This document shows positions 38,311 to 50,827 of a DNA stretch of 64,000 nt, in pieces. The position numbers were made by a program, and so were the translations under genes. Under the pieces are notes generated by a model. It saw only the letters and a program-made list of their open reading frames with translations. It was not told where the DNA came from and made no database searches. The first letter of the stretch is position 1. Each line of letters opens with the position of its first letter. The DNA comes from Eledone cirrhosa (taxonomy: Eukaryota): positions 38,750,001 to 38,814,000 of the forward strand of contig OZ024747.1 in the NCBI GenBank assembly GCA_964016885.1. Reading direction: 5' to 3'.

Positions 38311-40162
38311 AGTAGTATAATTATAGTCTTTGCTGCTCAATCACCCAGAGTCTATTCATTAATGCCCTTTCTATCGCAAAATCCTTTCAGAAAAATCACT
38401 GACATCGAAAGAAATAATACATTGAATGCATATAAACCACCCAATACCATAACGATTGTATACGACAGACCATGCAAAATCACTGCCCAGAACTCTCGCT
38501 TCTTCAGTACCAAAGGAAGATCTTATTCTCATAACTTCCCCCATCCTATGAAGCCATCTAACAGGAGACATTTCCCACAAACGAAGTAAGTCTGCAATAT
38601 TAAATGTTGTCACTAGTTTATCGTTTTCATTTAATCACTATCCATCAATTAATTAATTCCAATATATATATAATCCAAAATGGTTTCTATATCATGGACA
38701 CGTTTTTGAAAGTTAACAGCACTGTTTCTCTCTCTGCAACAAAATGAATTCCTTTTTATGAACTTATCATACTTAAATCATAATATCAACCATCGCTTAA
38801 GTTTTTAATTTTTCATTCTGTCTTTTAATAAGTAGAGCTCCACGCAAATGTCTGCAGTCCCTCTATTTTTTAGACTCTTCACCTGTAGCAATATGAAACA
38901 CAATCTCACTAGAAAAACATCAGGCATATAGTATTTTGGCCATCAGGCATATAGTATTTTGGCCATAGTGAGATAATATTTATGTTTTAACGAAATGAGA
39001 ATAGATGTTACTAGTATCTATTTCTAAATGATTTATATTAAACTGGTATAGCATATGATCATATCATCACATGAATATATTTAGATTGATTTATCAATGT
39101 TTTTTCAAGACAAGAAGTGCATCTGTTGAAATTACATAGAAGATTTGTCTAATAGATTTTCTGTTTCTAGAATGATTTTTGTTGATACTTGATACCGAAA
39201 GACAGATTATGATAATACTATCTTCACTATGAATGATTAATTGTAACTGTAGACAATTCCTCTGAATCGAGTCTAATATCATACATCTCTACAGCCATAA
39301 TCAAATGCTCATTCACATTGCGCTTACACTAAGAGGGATTCTGATGGAAAAGGCATGGCACTGGAATATTCTTATATATTTGATATGATTTATGCCAGAA
39401 AATATGATAATATACGCTACAATTGTTTGAAGGAAGGGCTTAGTTACGCGAAAAAGGGTTTCCTCTCCCACATTGAGTTCATTGCAACTATGGTTATTCT
39501 CTATGCTATTAGCTCAATTGATTACTACTGCAAAATTATTCAAAGAAAATAGATCAGTGGCGTGTAAGACATAAATTAATGGAACGTTAAATAAATGGAA
39601 AAATGTCCTCCTCGCTGACAAATTGCAATATCAATGAGTCGACAGATGGGATTCGCCCAAACATTAACCTTTTTAAAGAAAATATAAGCCAATAATTTTA
39701 GCATGAAATATAATTTCAGCATGTACGTGCTTCTAACGTGGTGATAACTTATGTTTTAGAATTTCCTTTTAGGGAACATATCTAAAGTTGGCACGTAAAA
39801 TATAATCTATATTTATATTGGTGGAATGATAAATGGAATGATATCAAACAGTAAGTACAACAGTGGTACTATGATTATTTCCTCCCATTGTGCTGTAAAG
39901 TCTACGCTATTTTTATTTAATTTCTTTATTTCTTTCTTTATTTCTTCTTGTCTCTGCGCATGCATTTGCGTGTGTGTTTAATGTGTAGTGTGTATGTTCG
40001 CATTTGAGTGTAAGTGCTTTTGTTTTCGTATTCTATCTGTGTTCACTAGTGTGAACACATTAAATTAAATAAAAATGGCGTAGACTTTACAACATAACGG
40101 GATTAAACATAATAGTACCACTGATGATGTCACAGATGTGTGACGAAAGAACATTGATAGGC

Positions 40163-40255
<93 letters not shown>

Positions 40256-40379
40256 AATTACAAGAAACGAAGAAGTGAGTTGTTTGGTTACTGTAAACAA
40301 AGTTTAGGATGGGAATATGGACGAAACAAGAGAAATCTGTCATGAGCTGCAAACCGTAGATCATAGATGTTTTGGCGCT

Positions 40380-40423
<44 letters not shown>

Positions 40424-41149
40424 GGGAGACATAGAGTGAAGTAGAGGGTGAAAGGGAGACAGATGTTCAGTTTTAAACAACAGAATTGATGGGACTTTGA
40501 TGGAGTATATGATGTGACTGGTAGGAAGTAAAAGAAGATGTACTCGTGGGAAATATTAAAAGTGTATCGGGAGTGCTATATTTATTGGGAAATTTGCAAA
40601 GAGGGAACATATAAAATGATATATATATATATATATATATTTATTTATATGTAGATAGAGAGAGGGGCGAGAGAGAGAAATATATAAATATAGTATGTAT
40701 GTTTAATATAATCAAATGCTATAAAATTACTAAGCACACGAAACATTCATTAATTGTTCGTGCACACTATTGTAAACGCCAGCATAGAGTTAACTGCACT
40801 CTCATTTATATGCACAAGTGTCGAAGAAAACAGCAAGAGACACGAGGAGATAATCGATCTGAATAATCAAATCCCAATTCAGTAGAATAATAGGAAGGTT
40901 GCAATGAAGCAACTGTCTTCAAGTGTGTTTGCAAGTGTGTTCTCTGTATAAATGATGATGGATTTTAAGAGCATCAAGAGAATAAATATATATTAGATGG
41001 ATGGCAAGTATGAGTAAGTATATCTTTGATAATAGTGACAATAATAATCAGAATAAATGTATATATATATATATATATTCATACACACACGCACACGAAT
41101 GCTTACACCTTTACGTATTCTCTCTCACACACACACACTTAGACATACA

Positions 41150-41483
41150 TGTCGAAACCCTTTAAAGGGAGAGAAATCTTTATCCACTTGACCAGCATAT
41201 ACCTCGACTCTTTGAGATCAGATGTAGAATGGAAGTTTATACTACTTCCGGTCAGCTTGACTTGGCAACCCACTTCGAACACTGGATTAATCCCTTTACT
41301 TTCCTTAGACGAAGAGATATTATCTCGAAATATCAGGATATACTAATAAATTAAGGTAAAAGACTAATTGTCAGTGCTATCTTTTGCATTTATATTCTAT
41401 ATCCAAACCCGCATTGTTCTGGCCTTCTAACTTATAACGTTTATACCTCACTCACACAATGCTTCAATAAACTACCAATTCCG

Positions 41484-41490
<7 letters not shown>
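41150..41490 (+). mobile_element. PLE 3'-terminal/pLTR fragment (related to 50073-50233)
   Basis: AAATATCAGGATATAC..AAGGTAAAAGACTAATTGT..GCTTCAA..AACTACCA is shared with the tail after the GIY-YIG fragment at 49748. Hammerhead-like GAGATA-T-TATCTC-GAAA-TATC-AGGA near 41315. Confidence 0.65.
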
Positions 41491-41533
<43 letters not shown>

Positions 41534-41670
41534 AGAAACACAGTAAACCGCGTGTCTAATATTACGAGGGTTGAAAGACCACATTTGTTTGAAATAGTTA
41601 ACCAAGAAGCAGACAGAATGATAAAATAAAATAAAATTATATTATACAAACCGCCTCATTAACAATTATA

Positions 41671-41750
41671 TCTCGCCGACAGATTATGGATAATCTGTTT
41701 CGCCCAGATTGTGTTTGCAACAGATAATCCAGGGCATCATCAGCGAGAGA
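41671..41750 (-). ncRNA. Type I hammerhead ribozyme (mirror copy)
   Basis: Reverse complement TCTCTCG-CTGATGA-TGCCC..GGGC-GAAAC-AGATTA-TCCA-TAATCT-GTC-GGCGAGA; stem I has two mismatches. Confidence 0.75.
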
Positions 41751-42077
41751 ATCTGATTAAATGCGACAAACACAATAGTACCAACGTACACACAGAAATA
41801 TGAATTTATCACCTCGTGCGCCGCAAGTCCAAAGTGGTATACGGCTCAGTATTTATGCTTCGAGCTTATTCATTACAGAGTTTCAGTAAGAGTTATTAAC
41901 TCTAACTTTCATTTATATTTCGGCTCCCTCATGAGGTGAGCTTATTAAGTTGCGTGTATTGGACTGTTATTTCTAACTAATACGTGCATACCACTTTGGA
42001 CTTGCGGCGCACGAGGTGATAAATTCATCTTTCTGTGTGTTCGTTGGTACTATTGTGTTTGTCGCATTTAATCAGAT

Positions 42078-42154
42078 TCTCTCGCTGATGATGCCCTGGA
42101 TTATCTGTTGCAAACACACTCTGGGCGAAACAGATCCATAATCTGTCCGAGAGA
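42078..42154 (+). ncRNA. Canonical type I hammerhead ribozyme
   Basis: Stem I TCTCTCG/CGAGAGA. CTGATGA at 42085-42091. Stem II GCCC..GGGC. GAAAC-AGAT-CCATA-ATCT-GTC (GUC triplet at 42145-42147). Confidence 0.88.
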
Positions 42155-42386
42155 TATAATTGTTATTGAGGCGGTTTGTATAATATAATTTTATTTTATT
42201 TTATCATTCTGTCTGCTTCTTGGTTAAATATTTCAAACAAATGTGGTCTTTCAACCCTCGTAATATTAGACACACGGTTTACTGTGTTTCTTATTACATA
42301 TATATATTATTATTATACGGCTCAGTATTTATGCTTCGAGCTTATTCATTACAGGGTTTCAGTAAGAGTTATTAACTCTAACTTTC

Positions 42387-42465
<79 letters not shown>

Positions 42466-42469
<4 letters not shown>

Positions 42470-42628
42470 GTCTTGCTCAATGACATAACGCATCGCTCGC
42501 TCGGTCCAGGAATCGAACTCACAACGTCAAGATTGTGAATCCAATTTTCTAAGCACTCAGCCACACGCCTGGACCTGGCGATGCGTTATCTCCTTGAGCA
42601 GGACACTTTATTTCACGTGCGCTCCTTC
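42466..42628. mobile_element. tRNA-SINE head with a foldback duplication
   Basis: AAGTGTCTTGCTCAA..ATAACGCATCGC..GGAATCGAACTC (antisense B-box), then the inverted GCGATGCGTTATCTCCTTGAGCAGGACACTTT. Same family as 57925-58160. Confidence 0.65.
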
Positions 42629-45600
42629 TACCTGGAGTTGCGACCGATAGATAGTACTAGCAACTGGAAAGACCGACGGAAACATTATTTCCTCGGTCCG
42701 ATTTGACGAAAGTCGATCGATCCTTTTTATGTATATACACACACACATATATTTGTATGTGTGTGTGTGTGGGGGGGGGGGTATAGAGTTGCCTGTTTCG
42801 AATATAACATCTATGAAACTTCTTCCATATTTAAAGAAAAACTTTTCTGAAAATTTCATATCATTAAATTTTTAAAGCTGTAGAATAATAATATTCTATT
42901 TGTAACCAGATATCAACATTTCATAAGGGCTATTAGCATGAATAATGTCCGTCTTTCTCTGAACTGCAATTCAAAGTAAGTTACCAAAATTTCAATATAT
43001 AATTTTTTTTTTTATCAGAATCCCTTTGATGAACTAAGTAGGAACAATTATATGTGGAATCATATCCAAATTATGGCTTTATTTCGTACTTGCCTTTTGG
43101 AATTAATTGAATTAAGTACTGATGGAATGAACAGGATATATAATGAAATGTTTCTTAGAAATAAAGTGAAAAAAAAAAGAAAATTGATGTACAGTACAAA
43201 ATTCTATATAAAATGTGTGCACGTGCCTAACAGATATGTTCTTCTGTTACCGGATCTCACAAAATTATATTCTGCATCAATTATTCAATGCATGTGTTGA
43301 AAAAGGGTTAGAGTTGGTTTGTGTATATATAACAGCCATACATTTGACACAATGCAAGTATTTCTAGTTATTACACGAAGATATATATCTAACAGCCTAG
43401 ATTATTTCTGTATAATAAGAAGATAGTTAGCCAACCTCTGATTGTAAGAATATAAGGTTAACATACAGAACAGTGTGCTCATGCATATACATGCTATAAA
43501 ATAATCTTTTAAGTATTTCCACCCTATTTTTATAGGCTATTTTATAGCATCTACTCGCACGAGTACCCCATTCTTTATATTAACTCTGTTTCATAAGTTT
43601 ATATGCTCTTAAATATTTAGTGTTCTCAGGTTTTGCTTATTAGAAACTGTTTCTACATCATAACATTTTAAATGGATATCTCTTATTTTTGTAATTGTTT
43701 TTGTAGAAAAAATCTGAAAAGAGAGTCGATATATGATCACTCAGAATATTCAGGTTGTCATGTAAGTTAAAGATATAAATTTCGTCCTTAGAACTCTCAC
43801 CAGTTTCTATTGAATAAAACTAATCTGTAACGTCGTAGAATGTGGAACATGTTCTTTCGAAAGGGAAAAGAAAGGCATTGAATTCAGGGAAGTAAATAAC
43901 ACAAATTATACACAGCTTTGCATGCAAAATAATGGAAATATCGGTTTTAATGACTATCAAAATAAATAACACAAACATGCATATAGTTTGTTGATATTTA
44001 CAGGGCGATTTGAGAATAGCGATTATGGAACAATCCATCAGGGAATTCTCCAGATTCAGTTATTAGAATGCAAAACGTCATAACATATATGACTACATTG
44101 GTACACTCTGTGAAAGTAAACGACATGCTAAGTAAATATAGTGACAATCAGCGACTCGCAGTGAATTTACTCAACCATATCATCGGAAAGTATTGAGAGA
44201 AACGATAATGGTTTCAGTCATTCATTTTACCGTTCCGTAGGGAAATCAGCAACACAGCAAACATAATGTGCTATTTTACGTATCACTTAATTTATTCATT
44301 TAAAATGATATTTATGGGTTTCCTAGTCCTATATAAACAATTATGTCCGGTAAATCGCAAGCACGTTCAGATTTCATCCAATAAATCTATACATTATGAA
44401 TATGTCTTTGAACAATAAACGCCGACACATTAGGAGCAACGCATACATATACACGATTTCATGGAATAGAGGACGCACTGCCTCAGCATGGTTTCGGTTA
44501 TAAAAGTTGGAACAAACTAAAGAACTAAAGAATCTGAAACGATTTCTATTTCAGACTACAATAAATTCATTCAATTATCCGCTAATATCTACGAGGAAAT
44601 CATTGATACCAATCTCTAATATTTCCTTTTTATATGTCCTTTGCTTTGACAATTTATTGATATTATAAATGATTCTAAAATAAATCATTTGATATCCCAT
44701 CATGTGATAGTTTCCATAGAGGTAGGTTTGAAATTGCAGATAATTATTAATTTAACAGTATAATTTTACAGTATATGTTTTTGTAGTTACATTTAATGAT
44801 ACTCAAACTCAAGTATTCTGATTCAATTGAGCATTAACAACGACCAAAGAATCTATTATACTTCAAAACTGATGCTTCAATATGCTATCTGATGTTCATA
44901 TGCAGGGTTCCCTCCTAGAGTCTCTGTGAATTGTTTGAAATATGCATTACTGTGAATTAATTGATGTATCAGTTCTTTAAATCCACTTTAAATATAGCGA
45001 CAGAGGAATATAAACAAATATTAAAGCGTGCCTCTCGATTCCTGTAAATAAATATATCAATTCTACTGATTATTAACATCATCAACATTCTCATAATCAT
45101 GACTTTCTCATCAACGCTCTCATCATCATCACCTTCATCATTATCTTTTTCTTCATCATCACAATCATCATCAAAAACACTTGAAACTCAAAGCAATTGT
45201 TAGCTTCTGGTATATATTTCAATTAATTTCTTGTCACCATCATACTTTTTAATAAGGATGTTTTTATGTAAAGATATCTATCTGATAGAGTAATTTATTA
45301 TAAATTATTATCCTTGTAAGTCTTTTAACTTAGGTGTTAAAACTTGCAAGGTTGATTTTCATAGGAATTTAACCACTTACATCTAGCTCTAAATGAAATC
45401 TCTTAATTAAACTGATATATATCCAAAGTAGATTAAATGTGCGAATCGGCAAGGAAGAGTGGAATATATATATTTCCTTTTCGCTATACTATAAATTTAA
45501 AGGCTTATACTTCTGGGCGTATAAGAGTTGTATAAATTGATATATTATCCTTTCATGTGTGTGTACCTATTTACAAACCGTAAGATACGGTTCCCGTAAG

Positions 45601-45728
45601 CAATGCAACTGTATAATGATCTCACTTCATAAACAATTATACGAAAGAGAGGCCTATATCAAGCTTACAATGACATAAAATACGCATAGTACTACTCAAG
45701 TACACTTACAAGAGATGACTTGAACCTC

Positions 45729-47050
45729 TTAAATGGTCTCCCTAAACACGTCAACAGAGATATTTTTATAGTGGATTTTGACGTAATAAACCTCTACATT
45801 ATGATCCCCAACCGATACGGACAAGCTGCAATAAGATTCTGACAAGAAAGAATCCCCTAAAGAAATCCTGGAAAGAATAGAGAAAGGTTTCATCACAGAG
45901 GGTTTTAAATTCATTCAACAAAACTATTTTTTTATTTCAATGGCAATATTTACAAACAAATATAAGGAGACTGTGATGGGTAGACACGTTGCCCAATTTA
46001 ATGATGGGATACAAGGAAGTCTAGATATGAGAACAAACTAAATTAAATTATGGCTTGAACTTCCTCAAATATTTGCTAGACATTTGAAAACGCTACTTGC
46101 ATGATTGGCTTATCGTAAGGATGCATATATTGGAACTAAACGAATTCAAAATCCTGATTAATAGCATCACTATTAATATCTGGAATTCTGATCATAAAAA
46201 AGACAGATTCTAAACAATACTTGTCCTTCACCTCAAATAACCCAAAACAACATACAAATATTCCATTTAATCTAGTGAGAAGAAGAATTTGCACAATTGT
46301 CTCATATTATGAAACCCTGAATAAAAAACACTAAGAATTAAAAGATTCTACTCGAAAGAGAGTACCCGTCTTTATTAAAAGACAACGGAATAGAACGTGA
46401 CAAATCAATAGATATTCAAGAATTACGAAAAGCAAAAACAACTTTAGATACATCCAATACTCAATCCTATATCTCAACACAAAACCAACGAAATACAGAG
46501 GCATACAACATTATCCCCAAGAGCATCCCACTATTGAGAAAAGACACAAGAATGAACAAAAGCACTCGAAATTCGTAAAGTAATCCAAAGCAAAAACTAC
46601 CCAAATCCCTTAAAACACTATTCACCAGCGCCAAATTCCCCACCACAAACAAACACCAGCCGTCAAATAATGTAATTGCCCAAATTGCGGAACTTCAAAT
46701 ACGTCATAAAAAGCACGGTGTATACATTTAAATCAGGATAACGTTTTTTGTAAAATACATTTTACCTGTTCAGCAAAATTATTAATATATTCTTTTAAAT
46801 GTAAAGGAAATAACGAAGATTATATAAGGTAATCCAAACTAACCCACACAGACAGAATGATAAATAATCACCAACAATTACGAGACTACACCACAAGACA
46901 GATACTGCTTAATGTGACGTATGTACAACAAATAAATCCTCCAAATTCCAAGTCATTACACTTCATTTTTTCCAGCAAATATCACAAACACGAATAAATA
47001 AATATAATATATTTATTCAAACAAAGAAACCACGTCCGAATAAATGCTAA
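45729..47050 (+). pseudogene. Old, degenerate PLE RT + GIY-YIG (Neptune/Poseidon-like)
   Basis: Broken-frame remnants DFDVINLY..IP, NYF.FNGNIYKQ, MG, KRYLHD, IPFNLVRR.ICTIVS, EYP, CPNCG, LIY..KCK..YI. Confidence 0.7.
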
Positions 47051-47491
47051 CGAGGAACCTTTTGCAACAAACTATTCACACATACACCCCCGCCCTCACC
47101 CCCACACATACACACACAAACACTAACATCCACGTAAATTCTAATTCATGTTACTGATTATGAATATTATTGTATCTATATATTTACTTGTTGTCATGTG
47201 ACATTTCTTATTCCGATGTAGCAGGAAATAATCAAACAATTCCTATGGGCGTACACACAAACAATTACACACACGCACGCATAAACTCATACGCACGAAC
47301 AAACACATAAAGTAGACCTATGGTTGGGGATGTTAACGGTTTAGGGTTCTCTATATTTTCAAACATCTCAACAATGCATTTACCCTCTTTATTTTTAGTC
47401 TGGAAGTTACTCAAGGTAGATTGTTTATAATTTTATTATTCACAAATAAATGATCTATATATCCCCTGTGATTGTTTCATGTGTTTATATT

Positions 47492-47533
<42 letters not shown>

Positions 47534-47745
47534 TGCTAATGTCCTCGTTTTGCGAGTAACTTTCTTCTTTAATTCGTCAATAATTGGTGTTTTATTCTTT
47601 TAATAATCTTTGTCGCATCCACTGATACTGACCACATCATCTTCACTCTTTAAACATGATACTGTTATTGACAACACTAACATCTATGTATCTTTACAAT
47701 TGTTCTGTGGAATAGGAGATTAATTATATGTCTAAACGTTGCTAG

Positions 47746-47791
47746 TGCTCCGATGACCTAACCGAAAGTGTGGTAGAAACGATTGTCAGCA
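47746..47791 (+). ncRNA. Minimal hammerhead, U4C core, downstream of the degenerate PLE
   Basis: TGCT-CCGATGA-CCTAACC GAAAGTGT GGTA-GAAAC-GATT-GTC-AGCA. Confidence 0.6.
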
Positions 47792-48084
47792 ATAAAATGT
47801 TTTGAACATAGTTTTGATTATTCTGTAATTTATATATATATATGTCAATCAATTTATAGTTATTATAAAATGCTCGGATCTATTCATTGGAATCTTTGAG
47901 CATATTCTACAGTGGATATGGCGCATGTCTCTCAGATATGACCCTTAATCTAATTTTGTATATATATATATATATATGGAGAGGTTATAGTTAATTTATA
48001 TATATATATATGTATGTATATATATATATAATTCAGGAAAGAAGAGTGACATGGTTTGTTATAAAATAAGGGCTTTATTCACAT

Positions 48085-48194
48085 TGCTGACAATTGTTTC
48101 TTTGATATGGTAGGTCTAGAGTTCGCTACTCGCCTGATATTGCGTCAATCGATCGCCAATACTTTGTTTATAACCAGTCGTTTTCATCAGAGCA
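48085..48194 (-). ncRNA. Hammerhead with long stem II insert
   Basis: Reverse complement TGCT-CTGATGA-(~83 nt)-GAAAC-AATT-GTC-AGCA; palindromic stem III. Confidence 0.65.
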
Positions 48195-48710
48195 CGCGAA
48201 GATACACAAGGCAGGGCTTTTATAGAGGAGTGGTATTACACCGGGACAATAATATCATTAATAAAATAACTAGACAGTGAATAGTTAAAATAATAACATC
48301 AATATAAGTAAGACATAGAGTATAATGATGAATCTAGCATGTTAAATGAACTGATATGATAGAGATATATGAAATTGACATGTGAACACTGCTATAGGGT
48401 ACATTAGATGTAGTTTTAAAGTGGTGAAGATAAAATGTACTTCGAGTGAGGATTTATGAGGTATATGCTTTGCTGTGAGTATGAGGGCATGCTGGCAATA
48501 CACCGGAGATTTATTTATTGTTTGACAGATAAACATTTTCGTTGTATTAATTTAGTGAGAATGATAGTTTTATGTGGTGTTAAGTGGAGTTGTAGATTTG
48601 TTATTTAAGTGGCCTATTCTAAAGGTTGGGATTGTTAGTTCGATCATGGGGGTTTAGTTTTCACACCAATAACAAATCGTGTATAAATAAGATAATAACA
48701 ACAACAATAA

Positions 48711-49486
48711 TGTCTATTTCTCCTCGTCAATTTGATTTGTCGGGCTTAAGCCCACAGTATTAATTGAATTGTCTCTATTTTCCTCTCTTTACGTTGCCTA
48801 CCACCATGTGTTTGTTTCCTTCCTTTTGTTTTCTCACTGTCCCGATAACTTATTGAGTTATCGCTCGCACTGATTTTAGTTATCTAGTCTTTAATGCGTC
48901 GAAATACCAACGATAATCAGCAGACTACTGAAGAGGACATTTTAGCCCTTGTCTATTTTTATTCATATCTTCATGTTCGCAACAACGAAGCACGCCATTC
49001 TTCATTCACATTTGTTTTCCTTCGCTGTGGTTCGTATTTTTTCTGTCACTTTAGTAGTATCACCTTTTCTCCTTCACCTCTTGCCTTCCTCAACTCACGC
49101 TGCTGGTCACTCACTCTCGGCTGGCCCCTTCCCCCCACTTTCACGCCCTCCCTCTCTGTTTATCCCCCTCCCACTTCCTCCCGTCTGACCTGCTTGAATT
49201 TCTTTCCTCTCTCAATCTTCTCGCGGCTCGGACGTGTCTATTTCTCCTCGTCAATTTGATTCGTCGGGCGTAAGCCCACAGGATTCATTGACTTGTCTCT
49301 ATGTTCCTCTCTTTACGTTGCATACCACCATGTGTTTTTTTCCTTCCCTCTCTTTTCCCACTGTCCCGATAACTTAATTGAGTTATCGCTCGCACTGATT
49401 TTAGGTATCTAGTCTTTAATGCGTCGAAATACCAACGATAATCAGCAGACTACTGAAGAGGGCATTTTACCCCTTGTCTATTTTTA

Positions 49487-49492
<6 letters not shown>
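48711..49492 (+). repeat. ~255 bp direct repeat (48711-48968 / 49236-49492), probable pLTR-derived tandem
   Basis: Two highly similar copies, each ending in AGACTA-CTGAAGA-GG(G/A)CATTTTA(G/C)CCC-TTGTCT, a hammerhead missing its GAAA/stem III. Confidence 0.8.
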
Positions 49493-49520
<28 letters not shown>

Positions 49521-49524
<4 letters not shown>

Positions 49525-49710
49525 TTAGAAATTGAACAACACAAAACTCCACTACCAAAGGTTTTCGGATCACATAAGATAATAATATACGTCTGGATAG
49601 GTCGTCAGACAGATATGACGACCAATCCAGATGTGTATTATTATCCTCTGGGATCCATAAACCTTTGGTAATGGAGTAGTTATATTTTGTGTTGTTCAAT
49701 TTCTAATTAA
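49521..49710. repeat. ~90 bp imperfect inverted repeat (inverted pLTR remnant)
   Basis: TTAGAAATTGAACAACACAAAA..GGTCGTCA / TGACGACC..TTTTGTGTTGTTCAATTTCTAA. The minus strand has CTGACGA..GAAAACCTTTGGTA. Confidence 0.75.
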
Positions 49711-49774
49711 ATAGCTCTGTTCTATATATGGATCACTCTTTTTTCCTTTGCTTTTCCTTCGGAATTACCTAAAA

Positions 49775-50053
49775 TATATTTATATATTAGAGTGCGACAA
49801 ATGCAGCAATTTCTACATAGGTAGCACCACCAGACCACTTCACATTAGAGTAAAAGAACACCTCAACACTAATGCTTCCTCATTTAGGAAACACCTAGTG
49901 AAATACAAAGTCACCGACAAAAACATAATAGTTAGGATAAAAACTAAGGAAAGAAACCTCGGCAATCTTAGAATTAAAGAAGCACCAATTATAGGCAAAA
50001 CGCAACCACCAATCAATAACAGACTAGAACTCAACACCCAATATATAACATGA
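49775..50053 (+). pseudogene. PLE GIY-YIG endonuclease 3' fragment (CCHH type)
   Basis: YIYILECDKCSNFYIGSTTRPLHIRVKEH..SFRKH..LRIKEA..PPINNRLE. Confidence 0.88.
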
Positions 50054-50231
50054 TAGAGCAACTATATCTATAAATATCAGGATATACAAATACATTTAAG
50101 GTAAAAGACTAATTGTGGGCGCCATCTTTTACATTTGTATTTATATTCTATATCCATACATGCAGTGGTCTGGCATTCTAACTTCAAACGCTTATACCTC
50201 ACTACGCAATGCTTCAAGTAAACTACCATTT

Positions 50232-50267
<36 letters not shown>

Positions 50268-50596
50268 TCAAGCCCATACTATGAATATACTTAGTTTTAA
50301 CTGCTAAAGCAAACATTGTTTCGTTTCTTGAAATGAAGCATTGCAGATTTTAAATTATTCAGGAAAGAATTCATACACAAGGAAGGTCATTTTAAAAAAA
50401 AATTTATATCCTAGATCATATTGAATCACTGTTCTTGAAATCATCCACATGAATTACATCTTCGAAATTGTTTTAAAATATTGTGTAAGGGAAGGTTGTG
50501 TCTCCTATTCTTAGTCTTCTTTTGGCCATACATTTTGTCAATGAAACGTACGAAGAGTAAAACAAATTTTGGTCTCTGCAAAGGTTTTGTTATCAG

Positions 50597-50827
<231 letters not shown>

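Larger units (their letters stand above)
41532..42391. mobile_element. Non-coding foldback element (~310 bp arms) with a canonical hammerhead in each arm, embedded in (TA)n
   Basis: Arms 41532-41840 and 41988-42293. Part of the spacer (41838-41915) is directly repeated at 42314-42391. Confidence 0.9.

Noticed and set aside
42900-45700. Short ORFs in the AT-rich unique region
   Set aside because: No recognisable domains or convincing exon structure; lengths are compatible with chance.
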